NCBI GenBank assembly: GCA_044220955.1
Contig: JBGAQA010000001.1
Coordinates: 158,777-222,776 of the forward strand
Source of the DNA: Sandaracinaceae bacterium
GTDB lineage: Bacteria; Myxococcota_A; Polyangia; Polyangiales; Sandaracinaceae
Length of the DNA: 64,000 bases
Reading direction: 5' to 3'
Part shown: positions 22,451-32,400 of the stretch, in pieces
How positions within the stretch are numbered: the first letter of the stretch is position 1
Layout of the letters: every line of letters starts with the position of its first letter
The notes under the pieces: model-generated
Seen by the model: only the letters and a program-made list of their open reading frames with translations
Databases searched by the model: none
What the model was told of the DNA's origin: nothing
Translations under genes and position numbers: made by a program

Positions 22451-22676
22451 CTCGGTGAGAGAGACGCGGGGGAGCGAGCCGCGGGCGGCGGGCTCATCGC
22501 GCGGTCTCCTGCATCGAGCTCTGCGCGCGTGCCGCGCGAGGAGCAGAGCGACGAGACGGAGGGGTGTGGGGCCCCGCATCCGATTCACTCGGTGCGGGGA
22601 GAGGGTCGCCCAGACCCTCTCCAGAGACAGGGTGTTGCGGCAGCACGAGCTCCGTCATCTCGGTGAGAGAGACGCG
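22424..22676. repeat. 45-bp exact direct repeat (22424-22468 and 22632-22676) flanking structured repeat copy C
   Basis: gtgttgcggcagcacgagctccgtcatctcggtgagagagacgcg occurs twice, 163 bp apart. Confidence 0.9.
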
Positions 22677-22731
22677 AGGAGATCGTGCTGCCGGCGTCGT
22701 CATCGGGCAGACGTGCTACCGGGCGCGCCCC

Positions 22732-24579
22732 TCACATGCAAACGAACGCGCCGCCGCCGCCGCCCGTGCGCTGACACGTGTAGGGGGGCGAGCAGGAGCG
22801 GCCGCAGCACGGCTCGCCGTCACCACCGCACGCGACGCACGCGCCGCTGCCGCCGCAGATCGCGTACGGGCCGGGACAGCCGATCCCGCCGCCGCAGCAG
22901 ACCTGGCCGATGGCTCCGCACGAACCACCCTGGCAGCTGCCGGCCGAGCACGTGCCCTCACCGCTGCCGCAGTCGCTGCCCGACGCGACGCACGTGTCGT
23001 TGACGCAGCACGCGCCCGCGCCGCAGGCCTGTCCGGCGCAGCACGGATCGCCGTCGCCGCCGCAGGTCTCGCACATGGGCGTCGTGCCGCCGCCGCCGCC
23101 CACGCAGACCAGTCCGCCGGCCGTGCACTGGCCGCCGAAGCCGCCCGTGCCGCCCGTCGCGCAGCAGCTCTGCCCGGCGCCGCCGCACATCATGGTCGCC
23201 GTGGTGCACGATCCCGCCATGCAGGTGAGCGTGCCGCTGCACATCATGCCGCTCGCGTGACACATCCCGCCGAAGCAGCAGCCGCCGGCCGTGCAGCTCG
23301 CGCCGCCGCAGCACGCCTGGCCATCGCCACCGCACGCCGTCGCCGTTCCGTCGAGGCAGACCTGCCCGCTCGCCAGCGCCTGGCCCGACGCGACGCAGTC
23401 GCCGCCGTCGCAGCACCCGCCGCCGTTGCACATCCCGCCCGCACAGCAGGCCGTGCCCGGGTCGCCGCACACGACACAGTCGCCCCCGGTGCAGCTGCCG
23501 CCGGTCCCGCACATCGCGCCCGAGTCGACGCAGGTGTTGTCGGTCGGATCGCAGCAGCCGCCGCCCGTGCAGGCGCCACCGGCGCAGCACGGATCGCCCG
23601 AGGCGCCGCAGGGCGCGCACATCCCACCGAAGCCGCCGGTGCACGCGAAGCCGGTGTTGCACGAGCCGCCCGCGCAGCACGGATCGCCGTCCGCGCCACA
23701 CGGTGAGCAGGTTCCGGTACCGCCGCCGCCGCCGCCCGTGCAGGCGAGGCCCGTGTCGCAGCTGCGACCGGCGCAGCACGCGTCTCCGTCCGCGCCGCAC
23801 GGCTGGCAGCTCGCCGCGCCGCCCGTCGGATCGGGCGCGCACGCGAGGCCGGTCCCGCAGGTGTTGCCGCCGCAGCAGACGTCGCCCATCGCGCCGCACG
23901 CGATGCACATCCCGGTCGCACCGTCGCAGCGCGTGTTCGCCGCGGTGCACGTCGCGCCGCCGCCCGCGCCGCCGCCGCAGCACGCGTCGCCGAGGCCGCC
24001 GCAGGTGCCGCACGCGCCCGCCGCGCACGCGCCGCCGATGCCGGGGCAGGTCGTCCCGGCGCCCGTGCACGTCCCGCCCACGCAGCAGCCGCCGGCGTCG
24101 CAGGCGTTGCCGGCACAGCACGCGTCTCCGGCCGCGCCGCAGGACATGCACGTCCCGGCGCCGCCCCCGGCGCAGAGCCCGCCGGGATCGCAGAGGCGAC
24201 CCGGACAGCAGGTGCCACCCGGCGCGCCGCAGTCGGTGCACATGCCGGCGACGCACGCCGAGCCGTCGGTGCAGCCGCCGCCCGCGCAGCAGGCCAGGCC
24301 CACGACGCCGCAGGTCACGGTGGTGCCGCCGTCGGTGCCCGCGTCGTTGCCTGCCGTGCCCATGTCGACCGGAGGCACGCCCGTGTCGGGCAGGTTCGCG
24401 TCCGGCAGGTTCGCGTCCACGTTCGCGTCGGGCCGCGGGCCCGTGTCGAGGCCGCCCATGCCCGTGTCGACCGGCGGGACCCCCGTGTCCATCATGTCCG
24501 TCGTGTGCGTGTCGCTGCAGGCCGCAGCCACCGTGGTCGAGCCGAACGCGAGGGTGAGCAAGAGAAGACGTGCGCGCAT
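22732..24579 (-). CDS. Large Cys/Gly-rich repeat lipoprotein
   Basis: Lipobox AAAC; many CGxxGxxCC..C repeats. Confidence 0.8.
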   Translation of the reverse strand: MRARLLLLTLAFGSTTVAAACSDTHTTDMMDTGVPPVDTGMGGLDTGPRPDANVDANLPDANLPDTGVPPVDMGTAGNDAGTDGGTTVTCGVVGLACCAGGGCTDGSACVAGMCTDCGAPGGTCCPGRLCDPGGLCAGGGAGTCMSCGAAGDACCAGNACDAGGCCVGGTCTGAGTTCPGIGGACAAGACGTCGGLGDACCGGGAGGGATCTAANTRCDGATGMCIACGAMGDVCCGGNTCGTGLACAPDPTGGAASCQPCGADGDACCAGRSCDTGLACTGGGGGGTGTCSPCGADGDPCCAGGSCNTGFACTGGFGGMCAPCGASGDPCCAGGACTGGGCCDPTDNTCVDSGAMCGTGGSCTGGDCVVCGDPGTACCAGGMCNGGGCCDGGDCVASGQALASGQVCLDGTATACGGDGQACCGGASCTAGGCCFGGMCHASGMMCSGTLTCMAGSCTTATMMCGGAGQSCCATGGTGGFGGQCTAGGLVCVGGGGGTTPMCETCGGDGDPCCAGQACGAGACCVNDTCVASGSDCGSGEGTCSAGSCQGGSCGAIGQVCCGGGIGCPGPYAICGGSGACVACGGDGEPCCGRSCSPPYTCQRTGGGGGAFVCM

Positions 24580-24708
24580 GGTGCCTCCGGGAACCATCTA
24601 CAGTGCCCGAATCGCGCCCGGGCCGGCAACTACGGCGCGACGCAGCGCGTCGAGACCCGGCGGCGGACCCGGGTGCGCGCCGGGCAGCGTCCGTGCTATC
24701 CGGACGCG

Positions 24709-25764
24709 ATGACCGAACCGAAGACCCAGGCGTACATCTCGGGCACCGGGGGCTACGTCCCGCCGCGCGTGGTCACCAACGACCAGCTCGCGAGCGAGTA
24801 CGGCATCGACACCACCGACGAGTGGATCAAGCAGCGCAGCGGCATCTCGGAGCGGCGCTACGCCGACGAGGGCGTGGGCTCCGCGGAGATGGGCTACTAC
24901 GCCGCGAAGAAGGCGATCGAGAACGCGAAGCTGACGCCGAAGGACATCGACTTCATCATCTTCGCGACGCTCTCGCCCGACGTGCACTTCCCGGGGAGCG
25001 GCGTGTTCATGCAGCGCCGGTTCACGGAGCTCTTCGAGGGCGACATGCCCAAGTACGTCCCCTGCCTCGACATCCGCAACCAGTGCTCGGGGTTCCTCTA
25101 CGGCCTCGGCACCGGCGCGGCGCTCGTGCAGGCGGGCCAGTACAAGCACGTCCTTCTCGTCGGCAGCGAGACCCACTCGGCGGCGCTCGACTTCACGACG
25201 CGCGGTCGTCAGGTCACCTCGCTCTTCGGCGACGGCGCGGGCGCGGTCGTGATCAGCGCCACGACGGACCAGAGCCGCGGCCTGCGCCGCTGGAACTGCG
25301 GCGCCGACGGCCGCCACGCGGAGGCGCTCTGGCTGCGCGTCTTCGACATCACGAAGCGTCCCTACGCGCCCCTCAGCGGTGACCGCATGAGCGACGGCAT
25401 CCTGAAGCCCGAGATGATGTGGCCGCAGATGGAAGGCAAGGTCGTCTTCCGCCACGCGGTCGAGAAGATGTGCATGTCGCTGATGCAGGTCTGCTTCGAG
25501 ATGCAGCTCTCGGCGAGCGACATCGACCTCTTCGTTTTCCACCAGGCGAACATGCGCATCAACCAGTACGTCGCGCAGTCGCTCGGCATCCCGGACGAGA
25601 AGCTCATCCACAACATCCACAAGTACGGCAACACCACGGCCGCGACCATCCCGCTCCTGCTCGCCGAGGCGGAGGAGACCGGACGCCTCAAGCCGGGCAT
25701 GAAGGTCGCGATGGCGGCGTTCGGCGCCGGCTTCACGTGGGGCGCGGCCGTCATCGACTGGTAG
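24709..25764 (+). CDS. fabH: 3-oxoacyl-ACP synthase III family
   Basis: EWIKQRSGI.ERR, NQCSGF, LFGDGAGA, FHQANMRI, YGNTTAATIP, FGAGFTWG. Confidence 0.88.
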   Translation: MTEPKTQAYISGTGGYVPPRVVTNDQLASEYGIDTTDEWIKQRSGISERRYADEGVGSAEMGYYAAKKAIENAKLTPKDIDFIIFATLSPDVHFPGSGVFMQRRFTELFEGDMPKYVPCLDIRNQCSGFLYGLGTGAALVQAGQYKHVLLVGSETHSAALDFTTRGRQVTSLFGDGAGAVVISATTDQSRGLRRWNCGADGRHAEALWLRVFDITKRPYAPLSGDRMSDGILKPEMMWPQMEGKVVFRHAVEKMCMSLMQVCFEMQLSASDIDLFVFHQANMRINQYVAQSLGIPDEKLIHNIHKYGNTTAATIPLLLAEAEETGRLKPGMKVAMAAFGAGFTWGAAVIDW

Positions 25765-25844
25765 GGGGCCGCTCGCCCACCTCGCGCAGGGACGAGCCGC
25801 GGCGTGGAACGACGCAGCCACGCGTTTCGTGGGACGCTCGGGCC

Positions 25845-26144
25845 ATGGCCTTCGTCCACACGTTCGTGGCTCGCGCCGACGTGATCCAGGAGCTGCTGCA
25901 CGGCCGACACCGCCACAACCTCGAGGCCTGGCAGTGCACGAGCTGCCCGCGGCTCCACGTTCGCATCCGTTCGGCGATGCTCACGCCCTTCTCGGGCGAG
26001 CTCTCGCTGCCCGAGGGCACGCAGGTGGACGTCGACAAGGACTGGCGCCGCGGCCAGGCCGCCGCAGCCACGGTGCCCGTCTGTCCTGCGGACGGCACCG
26101 CCATGATCCGCCTCGATCGCGATCACCCCGTTCGCTTCGCGTGA
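25845..26144 (+). CDS. Hypothetical small protein, possible zinc ribbon
   Basis: WQCTSC and VCPADG pairs. Confidence 0.5.
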   Translation: MAFVHTFVARADVIQELLHGRHRHNLEAWQCTSCPRLHVRIRSAMLTPFSGELSLPEGTQVDVDKDWRRGQAAAATVPVCPADGTAMIRLDRDHPVRFA

Positions 26145-26160
26145 GTCAGCGGCGCCGAGC

Positions 26161-26766
26161 TCACGCGAGGCGCGGGTCTTCGCCGTCGAGCTGCGGCGCC
26201 GCGGCCACGAACGCCCAATCCTGCATCCCGCTTCCGTCGAACACGAGGCGAGCGGCGCCGCCCGGGCCCTCGAACGTGATGGTGTGGATCGCGTCGCCCG
26301 GGACCGGGCCCGCGCCGCCCTCGACGCGGTAGCGACCGGCGTGGTCCTCTTCGTCGAGGAAGGCGCCGAGCGCGGCCGCGCGCGCCTCGGGATCGTCCGC
26401 GCGGACGCGCAGGTGGCAGCCGGCGGCCGTGCGCGTGGCGCCATCGCTCCGCGCGATCTCTGCGAGGGTGGCGCCGCCGAGCTCGAAGCCGTCGCCCCAG
26501 AAGAGCACGAGCCGGTCCACGCGCAGGATCTCGGTGTCGGCGAGGCTGCCCCGCACGAGGAAGCGTGTCCGCTCGCTGAGCGGCCACTCCAGCCCGCGTC
26601 GCGCGGCCATCGCCGCGAGCGGCTCCGGCACCACGGCCATCGACCAGGGCGCGGGGTCGGTGCGCTCGAAGCGCACGAAGGCCTCGCGGAGCGCGCGCAG
26701 CTCGGCCTCCCAGGCCGCGGCGGCGGTGACGTCGACGAACTCGGCCGCCTGCATGATGACGCCCAT
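26161..26766 (-). CDS. Hypothetical protein
   Basis: Protein-like composition in the 3' part of ORF 26161..27681; no recognised motif. Confidence 0.5.
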   Translation of the reverse strand: MGVIMQAAEFVDVTAAAAWEAELRALREAFVRFERTDPAPWSMAVVPEPLAAMAARRGLEWPLSERTRFLVRGSLADTEILRVDRLVLFWGDGFELGGATLAEIARSDGATRTAAGCHLRVRADDPEARAAALGAFLDEEDHAGRYRVEGGAGPVPGDAIHTITFEGPGGAARLVFDGSGMQDWAFVAAAPQLDGEDPRLA

Positions 26767-26841
26767 GCCGCGAGGCCTACCACGAGCGCGGCGTGAGCTC
26801 GGCCGATGGATCGGCGCCACGGCGCGGCGCACACTCGAGCG

Positions 26842-27537
26842 ATGAGGGTCGGATGGCTCGCGCTGCTGCTGGTGCTCGGCCTGTGCTCGGCGGCTCGGGC
26901 CGACGTCGTGGAGCCGCCACCGACGGACTGCATCGCAGGCTCGCGGGGGTTCACGTGCCACGGCGGCGTGGGGTGCGAGCCGGTCCACTGCATGCTCGAC
27001 TCGGACTGCGCGGCGGGCGAGCGCTGCGAGCTGCGATCGCTCTGCGTCGGCTCGTTCGACTGCTTCTGGAGCGGCCCGCAGCCGATCGTGACGGGGCCCT
27101 GCGAGTCGGAGCCGTGCGTGGCGGGCAGCATGTGCGTGAACACGCGGTACTGCGTCCGGGGCAGCGCGCCCGACTCCGGCCCGCCGCCCGTCGACGCCGC
27201 GACGACGCCGGTGGACGCGGCCACACCCATCGACGCGTTCGTCGCGGTGGACTCCGGCAGCACCGGGGACGCGGGCGACGGACGCATGCTCACCCTCGGC
27301 GGCTGCGGGTGTGGCGTGGCGGCGCGCGGAGGCCACCCGGGACTCCTCGTCGTCGCGCTCGTGACGCTGGTCGCGGGGCGCGCCCGGCGGCAGGGGCGCA
27401 AGGGCCGCCGCGTCTGGCCGACACGTCGATCCGAGGCGCAGAATGGGGTAGGTCATGAACACCCTCAGGCTGACGAACGCGACCGACGCGGAGAACGCAG
27501 CGGCCGGGAAGCTCGACCCGGCCGAGGTGCGAAGTGA
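26842..27537 (+). CDS. Secreted Cys-rich protein with MYXO-CTERM-like tail
   Basis: Signal peptide ARA|D; GGCGC...hydrophobic...RARR; frame runs on into the next gene. Confidence 0.65.
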   Translation: MRVGWLALLLVLGLCSAARADVVEPPPTDCIAGSRGFTCHGGVGCEPVHCMLDSDCAAGERCELRSLCVGSFDCFWSGPQPIVTGPCESEPCVAGSMCVNTRYCVRGSAPDSGPPPVDAATTPVDAATPIDAFVAVDSGSTGDAGDGRMLTLGGCGCGVAARGGHPGLLVVALVTLVAGRARRQGRKGRRVWPTRRSEAQNGVGHEHPQADERDRRGERSGREARPGRGAK

Positions 27538-27871
27538 GACGGTGGAGGGGCTCGTCGACACGGGCGCGACGTCGCTGGCGATCCCGGAGGATCTCGCGAT
27601 GCGTCTCGGTCTCCGCTTCGCCGGCACCCGCAACGTCCGGATGGCGAGCGGCGAGAGGCACGCGCTCCCCTGGGTCGGCAACCTGACGCTCGAGATCCTC
27701 GGACGCGCGATGACCTGCGACGCGCTGGTGCTCCCCGTCGGCGCTCCCGTGCTCGTCGGGCAGATCCCGCTCGAGGGCCTCGACCTGATCGTCGATCCGA
27801 AGAACCGTGAGCTGCGGGTGAACCCGGAGTCGCCCGACGCGCCGCTGCTCGACCTCTACGCGGTGGCCTGA
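27455..27871 (+). CDS. Clan AA (retropepsin-like) aspartic protease
   Basis: LVDTGAT, VLVGQIPLEGLDLIVDP. Confidence 0.85.
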   Translation: MNTLRLTNATDAENAAAGKLDPAEVRSETVEGLVDTGATSLAIPEDLAMRLGLRFAGTRNVRMASGERHALPWVGNLTLEILGRAMTCDALVLPVGAPVLVGQIPLEGLDLIVDPKNRELRVNPESPDAPLLDLYAVA

Positions 27872-27939
27872 CCGGTCCGCGCCTGACCGCACGAGCAGGC
27901 GGCGGTCGCGCCGGGCCCTCCGGCGTGCTCTAACTCGGC

Positions 27940-28413
27940 ATGTCCACCGAGCGAGTCCGTGCCGATCGCGGGAGCCTGTTCGAGAACGCGCAGAAGCGGA
28001 AGCCGAGCCAGCCCGACATGCAGGGCGACTGCAGCATCGGGGGCGCGCCCTACGAGATCCGCGCGTGGCGACGCGAGGAGCAGCTGACCATCAGCATCGC
28101 GCCGCCGCGCGGCGATCAGAACACGTACCCGCCGGATGCCTTTCGCGGCGCGCTCGAGCCGGCGCCCAAGACGCGCGCACGCGGCAAGGGCGACGAGGGC
28201 CCGGCGCCCGTGTGGGCGGGCGACGTGACGGGCGACGACGCGACCTACACCATCCGGGCCTTCGAGAAGCAGGGCAAGAGCGGCACCTACCTCACGCTCA
28301 GCTTCGAGCAGATCGCGCACGAGAAGAAGCCCGTCGAGCTCGCCCTGGCTCAGGACGACGCAGACGACGCAGACGACGCAGACGACGCAGACGACGCGAT
28401 GGTCGACGCGTAG
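27940..28413 (+). CDS. Hypothetical protein with two DUF736-like halves and an acidic tail
   Basis: SLFEN..K.....PDM.G...I.G..Y.I.AW and a second unit ending KSGTYLTLSF. Confidence 0.6.
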   Translation: MSTERVRADRGSLFENAQKRKPSQPDMQGDCSIGGAPYEIRAWRREEQLTISIAPPRGDQNTYPPDAFRGALEPAPKTRARGKGDEGPAPVWAGDVTGDDATYTIRAFEKQGKSGTYLTLSFEQIAHEKKPVELALAQDDADDADDADDADDAMVDA

Positions 28414-28898
28414 ACGAGCTCGATCCCCGTCTCCGTCACGCGCGTGGGACCGCGCACGAAGCCGGCCTTCTCGAGCACGCGCGCGCTGGCAGCGTTCGCG
28501 ATCGCGGTGCGCGCGACCACGCGCTCCGCGCCCAGCCGCTCGCGCGTGACGCGGACGAGCGCGCGCGCGACGTGCGTGCCGTAGCCCTTCCCCCAGTGCG
28601 CCGAGCCGACGAGGTAGCCGATCTCGGGCACGCCGGGCTCGAAGTCGGACACGAACACGCGGCCGCTGCCGACGTACGTCTCGCCATCGAACGCCGCGAG
28701 CACCGCGAGGTAGCGCGGGTCCTCGTCGGCGAGGTAGCGCTCGAGCACCCCGAGCACCTCGTCGCGACGGAGGGGACCGCCGACCGGTCCCATCGTGACG
28801 GGATCGGTGAGGAGCGACGTGAGCCGATCGAGATCGCCGCGCTCGTAGGACCGCAGCGTGAGCGGGCCTTCGTCGAGCGCGGCGACGCGGATCGGCAT
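28350..28898 (-). CDS. GNAT acetyltransferase (RimJ/RimL type)
   Basis: EIGY....HWGKGYGT, N.ASARVLEKAGF. Confidence 0.85.
   Translation of the reverse strand: MPIRVAALDEGPLTLRSYERGDLDRLTSLLTDPVTMGPVGGPLRRDEVLGVLERYLADEDPRYLAVLAAFDGETYVGSGRVFVSDFEPGVPEIGYLVGSAHWGKGYGTHVARALVRVTRERLGAERVVARTAIANAASARVLEKAGFVRGPTRVTETGIELVYASTIASSASSASSASSASS
28354..28398. repeat. (GACGACGCA)x5 tandem repeat
   Basis: Direct reading; last unit GACGACGCG. Confidence 0.85.
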
Positions 28899-28955
28899 GT
28901 CGGCCAGAGTGCCCGACGAAGTCCGGCCGATCGAGCCCACGCGAGGCCCCCCGAG

Positions 28956-29104
28956 GTCGACGACAGCCCCGGGCATGTTCCGCCGGCCGCGCGAGACGAG
29001 CGGTGTGCCGCGCGAGGCGAGCGGGAGCGAGCCGAGTCGGAGCGAGGGGTGAGAGGGATCCGGCTCCGCCGGTCCCTCGAGGGGCCCGCGCAGGGCCCCT
29101 GGAA
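28956..29104. repeat. Dispersed structured intergenic repeat, copy B
   Basis: Aligns with 9608-9746; hairpins at 29053-29078 and 29080-29100. Confidence 0.8.
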
Positions 29105-29106
29105 GA

Positions 29107-29433
29107 TCAGAACAGGTCGCGGAACGTGGCTTCGGGCTTCTTGCGGGCCACGAGGATCGCGTTCACGGCGCGCACGATGCGCGTCTTGGTCGGACCCGCG
29201 ACCGTGGTGCCCGCGAGGGCGCGGTCGATCGCCGGCTGCGTCACGCGGCGGCCGCTGCGCGGCTTGGCCTTCGTGATCGCCTCGTCCTTCTCCATCTTGC
29301 CGGCCTTGATGGCCGCCTTCTTGGAGACGAGGGTGCGGTCCTCCGCGGTCTGGCGCTCGATGCTGCGGCTCGCGCCGACCACGCGACGCGCGTCGATCTT
29401 GTTGTTCTTCAGGTACTCACTGAGCTTCGACAT
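29107..29433 (-). CDS. Small basic protein, possibly DNA-binding
   Basis: Lys/Arg-rich; C-terminal AIDRALAG......K.RIVRAVN......FRDLF resembles the end of a Cro-like fold. Confidence 0.65.
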   Translation of the reverse strand: MSKLSEYLKNNKIDARRVVGASRSIERQTAEDRTLVSKKAAIKAGKMEKDEAITKAKPRSGRRVTQPAIDRALAGTTVAGPTKTRIVRAVNAILVARKKPEATFRDLF

Positions 29434-32400
29434 AGGGGGCGATGTCTACGGGGATCTCGCCGCTTCCGCAACCGCGCGAGCACGAGCCCGGCCAACCCGA
29501 CCGAGAGCCCTCGTCCGGTCCGCGGTCCTGCCCCGGCGCGGCACGCGCACCCGCCGCCCGGCGCAGGCGAGGCCATCCCCGCGTCGGCCCCCGCCCCGCC
29601 GCCGTCCGCCATCGCCATCCCGGCGTCCGGCGCCGCGTCGCACTCGCTCGCATCGCCCGCGATGCAGATCGCGACGGCGTTGCTCGACCCGCTCGTCGCG
29701 CCGTTCGCGAGCACGACGAAGATGGTGTCGGCCGTCGCCGCCGCGAGGTCCACCTGCCCGACGCCGCGGGCGTCGGCGACGAAGAAGCCGTCCCGGAACG
29801 CGACCGCGATCACGTCGACCCCCTCGGGCGCGGCGCCGCCGAGGCGGACGGCGACGTGGTTGCCGGAGACCTCGAAGTAGTGCGCCGAGGCCGGGAAGAC
29901 GCGGCTCGAGAGGGTGCGGTAGGGCAGCGTGACGGCCATGCTCGCGACCTCGGCCAGCTGCTGCCCGCGCCGCGGCCCGCGCGCCTCGTCGACGCGGCTG
30001 CCCGTGAAGAGGAGCCACTCCGCGAAGTCGACGTAGCTCGCGTGGAAGGTGGTCGCGTGGTCGCGCGCGAGCACCACGTCGAGCACGTCGAGCCAGTTGC
30101 TCGTCGAGGCCCCGCTCGTCGTGTCGAGCTCGTCCCAGAACGACACGACCAGCGCGTCGTCGTAGCGCGTCGCGTAGTACTCCCAGACGATGGCCGCGCC
30201 GTAGGCGTAGGGCTGGACGGGCCCGACCGGATCGATCGCGAGCGCGCGGTCGGGGCGCATCAGGAACGCGGCCGAGAAATTCTCGACGTCGGTCTGGGAG
30301 GGGTCGAAGCGCTCGCTCGCCCAGACGGCCGTCGACTCGGACAGGGTGCTGCCCTGCGCCCCGAGCTGGTCGTCGTACGCGGCCTGCACGGCGTGGAAGA
30401 ACTCGTGGCTCGCGAGCAGGCGTGCGCCGTAGTGCACCGACGGATAGCCGAAGCCGACGAGGTCGTTCTCCTGCAGCATGTAGCCGGTGCACCCGCTCCC
30501 GGCGACGCACTGCTCCCGGCGGAACGAGCCGTCGGCGCCACCGCCCGACGCCGCGGTGAAGTCGAGCAGGTACACGTCGAAGAGCGCGTCCCCGCCGTGG
30601 TCCGCCACGCCCGTGTCGGGGCGTGGCGCGCGGAAGCCGAGCGTCGTGTAGGTCTCGAGCACCGTGTCGTACTGGAGCGCCACGAAGTCGACGTAGTCGG
30701 GCGTGCCGTTCGCGTCGGCGTCCGCGGGCGGGACGGCGTTCGTGCCCGCACGCGTGAAGTGGATCCGGAACGCGCCGCCCGGCGACACGATGCTCTCGAC
30801 CGTCTCGCTCGCCGCGTAGTAGGGCGGCCCGTCCGTCGAGCCGGGTGTGTCCGGACGCAGCTCGTCCACGTGCGCGACCGCCGCGGGGTCGCCCGCGCAG
30901 CCGGCGAGCGCCAGGGCCGCTGCGACCGCGCGCGCGCGGCGAGATCGACGGGCGAGCACGAGCGCCAGGACGAGCCCGAGCGCCATGGGGCCCGACGCAG
31001 CGCCCGCGCCCGCCGCGCTGCACCCGCATCCGCCGGACGCCGGAGCCGACGTCCCTGCGTCGCCGGCGCCCGCATCGACCGGACCCGCATCCACCGGCCC
31101 CGCGTCGCGTGGTCCTGCGTCCGGCACGCCCGCCGGATCGACGAGCGCGAGGGCCGCCGCCGGATCGACGATGCCGAAGCCGTAGAGCGGATCGTGGCCC
31201 ATCGCGTCCGGCGTCGCGAAGGGCGCCGGACGCACGCTCGCGATCAGCGCCGCGCGAAGATCGGCCGCGCTCATCGCCGGCCGGCGCGACGCCATCAGCC
31301 CCGCGATGCCCGCGACGATCGGGCACGACGACGACGTGCCGCCGAAGCGGTCGGTCGTGTCGCCCGGGGCGTCGCCATCCGGGCCCGCGACGTCGGTCGT
31401 CAGCGTCCCGGTCGGCGCGACGAGCGCCACGCACTCGCCGCTGTTCGAGAAGCTCGCGGCCTCGTCGAAGGTGTTGGTCGCGCCGACGGTCACGATCCCG
31501 GGGATCGCCTCGAGCTCGTCGTTTCCGAGCACGCGGGCGTCGTTGCCCGCGGCGAACACGAGCAGGGCGCCGACGCCGCCGTGTCCCTGCGTCTGCACCA
31601 TGTTCAGCACGTCGACGAGCGGCCCAGGCGCAGGCGTCGCCTCGCTGAAGCCCCAGCTGTTCGACACGACCGCCACGTCGGGCTGCATCAGCACGAAGTC
31701 GTACGCGCGCACGTCCGTGGAGATCGGGACGAGCGTTCCGTCGGCGCCGAGCAGGCGCACGCAGCGCAGCGAGCACTCCGGGCACGCGCCCGCGACGTCG
31801 ACGCCGTTGTCCGTCGCCGCCGCGACGAGCCCCGCGCACGAGGTCCCGTGGTTGTTGCCCGCCGTCGCCGGCAGGAACGAGGGATCCATGTCGTCGTCGA
31901 GCGCGTCGTAGCCCTGCAGCATGTGCGGCGCGAGATCGGGGTGCGTCAGATCGCAGCCGTCGTCGACGACCGCCACGGTGATCGAGGGGTCGCCGTCCTC
32001 GTGCCGCCACGCGTCCTCGATGTGGATGGTCTGGAAGAACCACTGGCCGCCGTAGAGGGGATCGTCGGGCGGCACGGTGATGGCCGCGCGCGTGTGACCC
32101 AGCGCCAGATCCGGCATCGCCGCGCGGAGCACCCCGCGCGCGACGAGGGGCGCCAGCCGCTCCGCGAGCGCGTAGGGGTCTTCGCCGCGGGTGGATCGGA
32201 TCGCGAAGATCTCCGCGCGCGCGGAGAGCACCTCGTCGATCGCCACCCCCTCCTGCGCGAACGCGCGCGCGGGCCCCGACACGATCACGCGCTCGGTGCC
32301 GAGCGCGGCCGCGAAGCGCATCCCGTCGTCGCGCACCACGACGAGGCCGCCGTTGGGCGCCGGCGACGCCTGCAGCCAGTGCCCGCGATCGAGCCAGCGG

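Noticed and set aside
22424..22676. Direct repeats as a CRISPR array or prophage att sites
   Set aside because: Only two copies, coding-derived, 163-bp spacer, no cas or integrase gene
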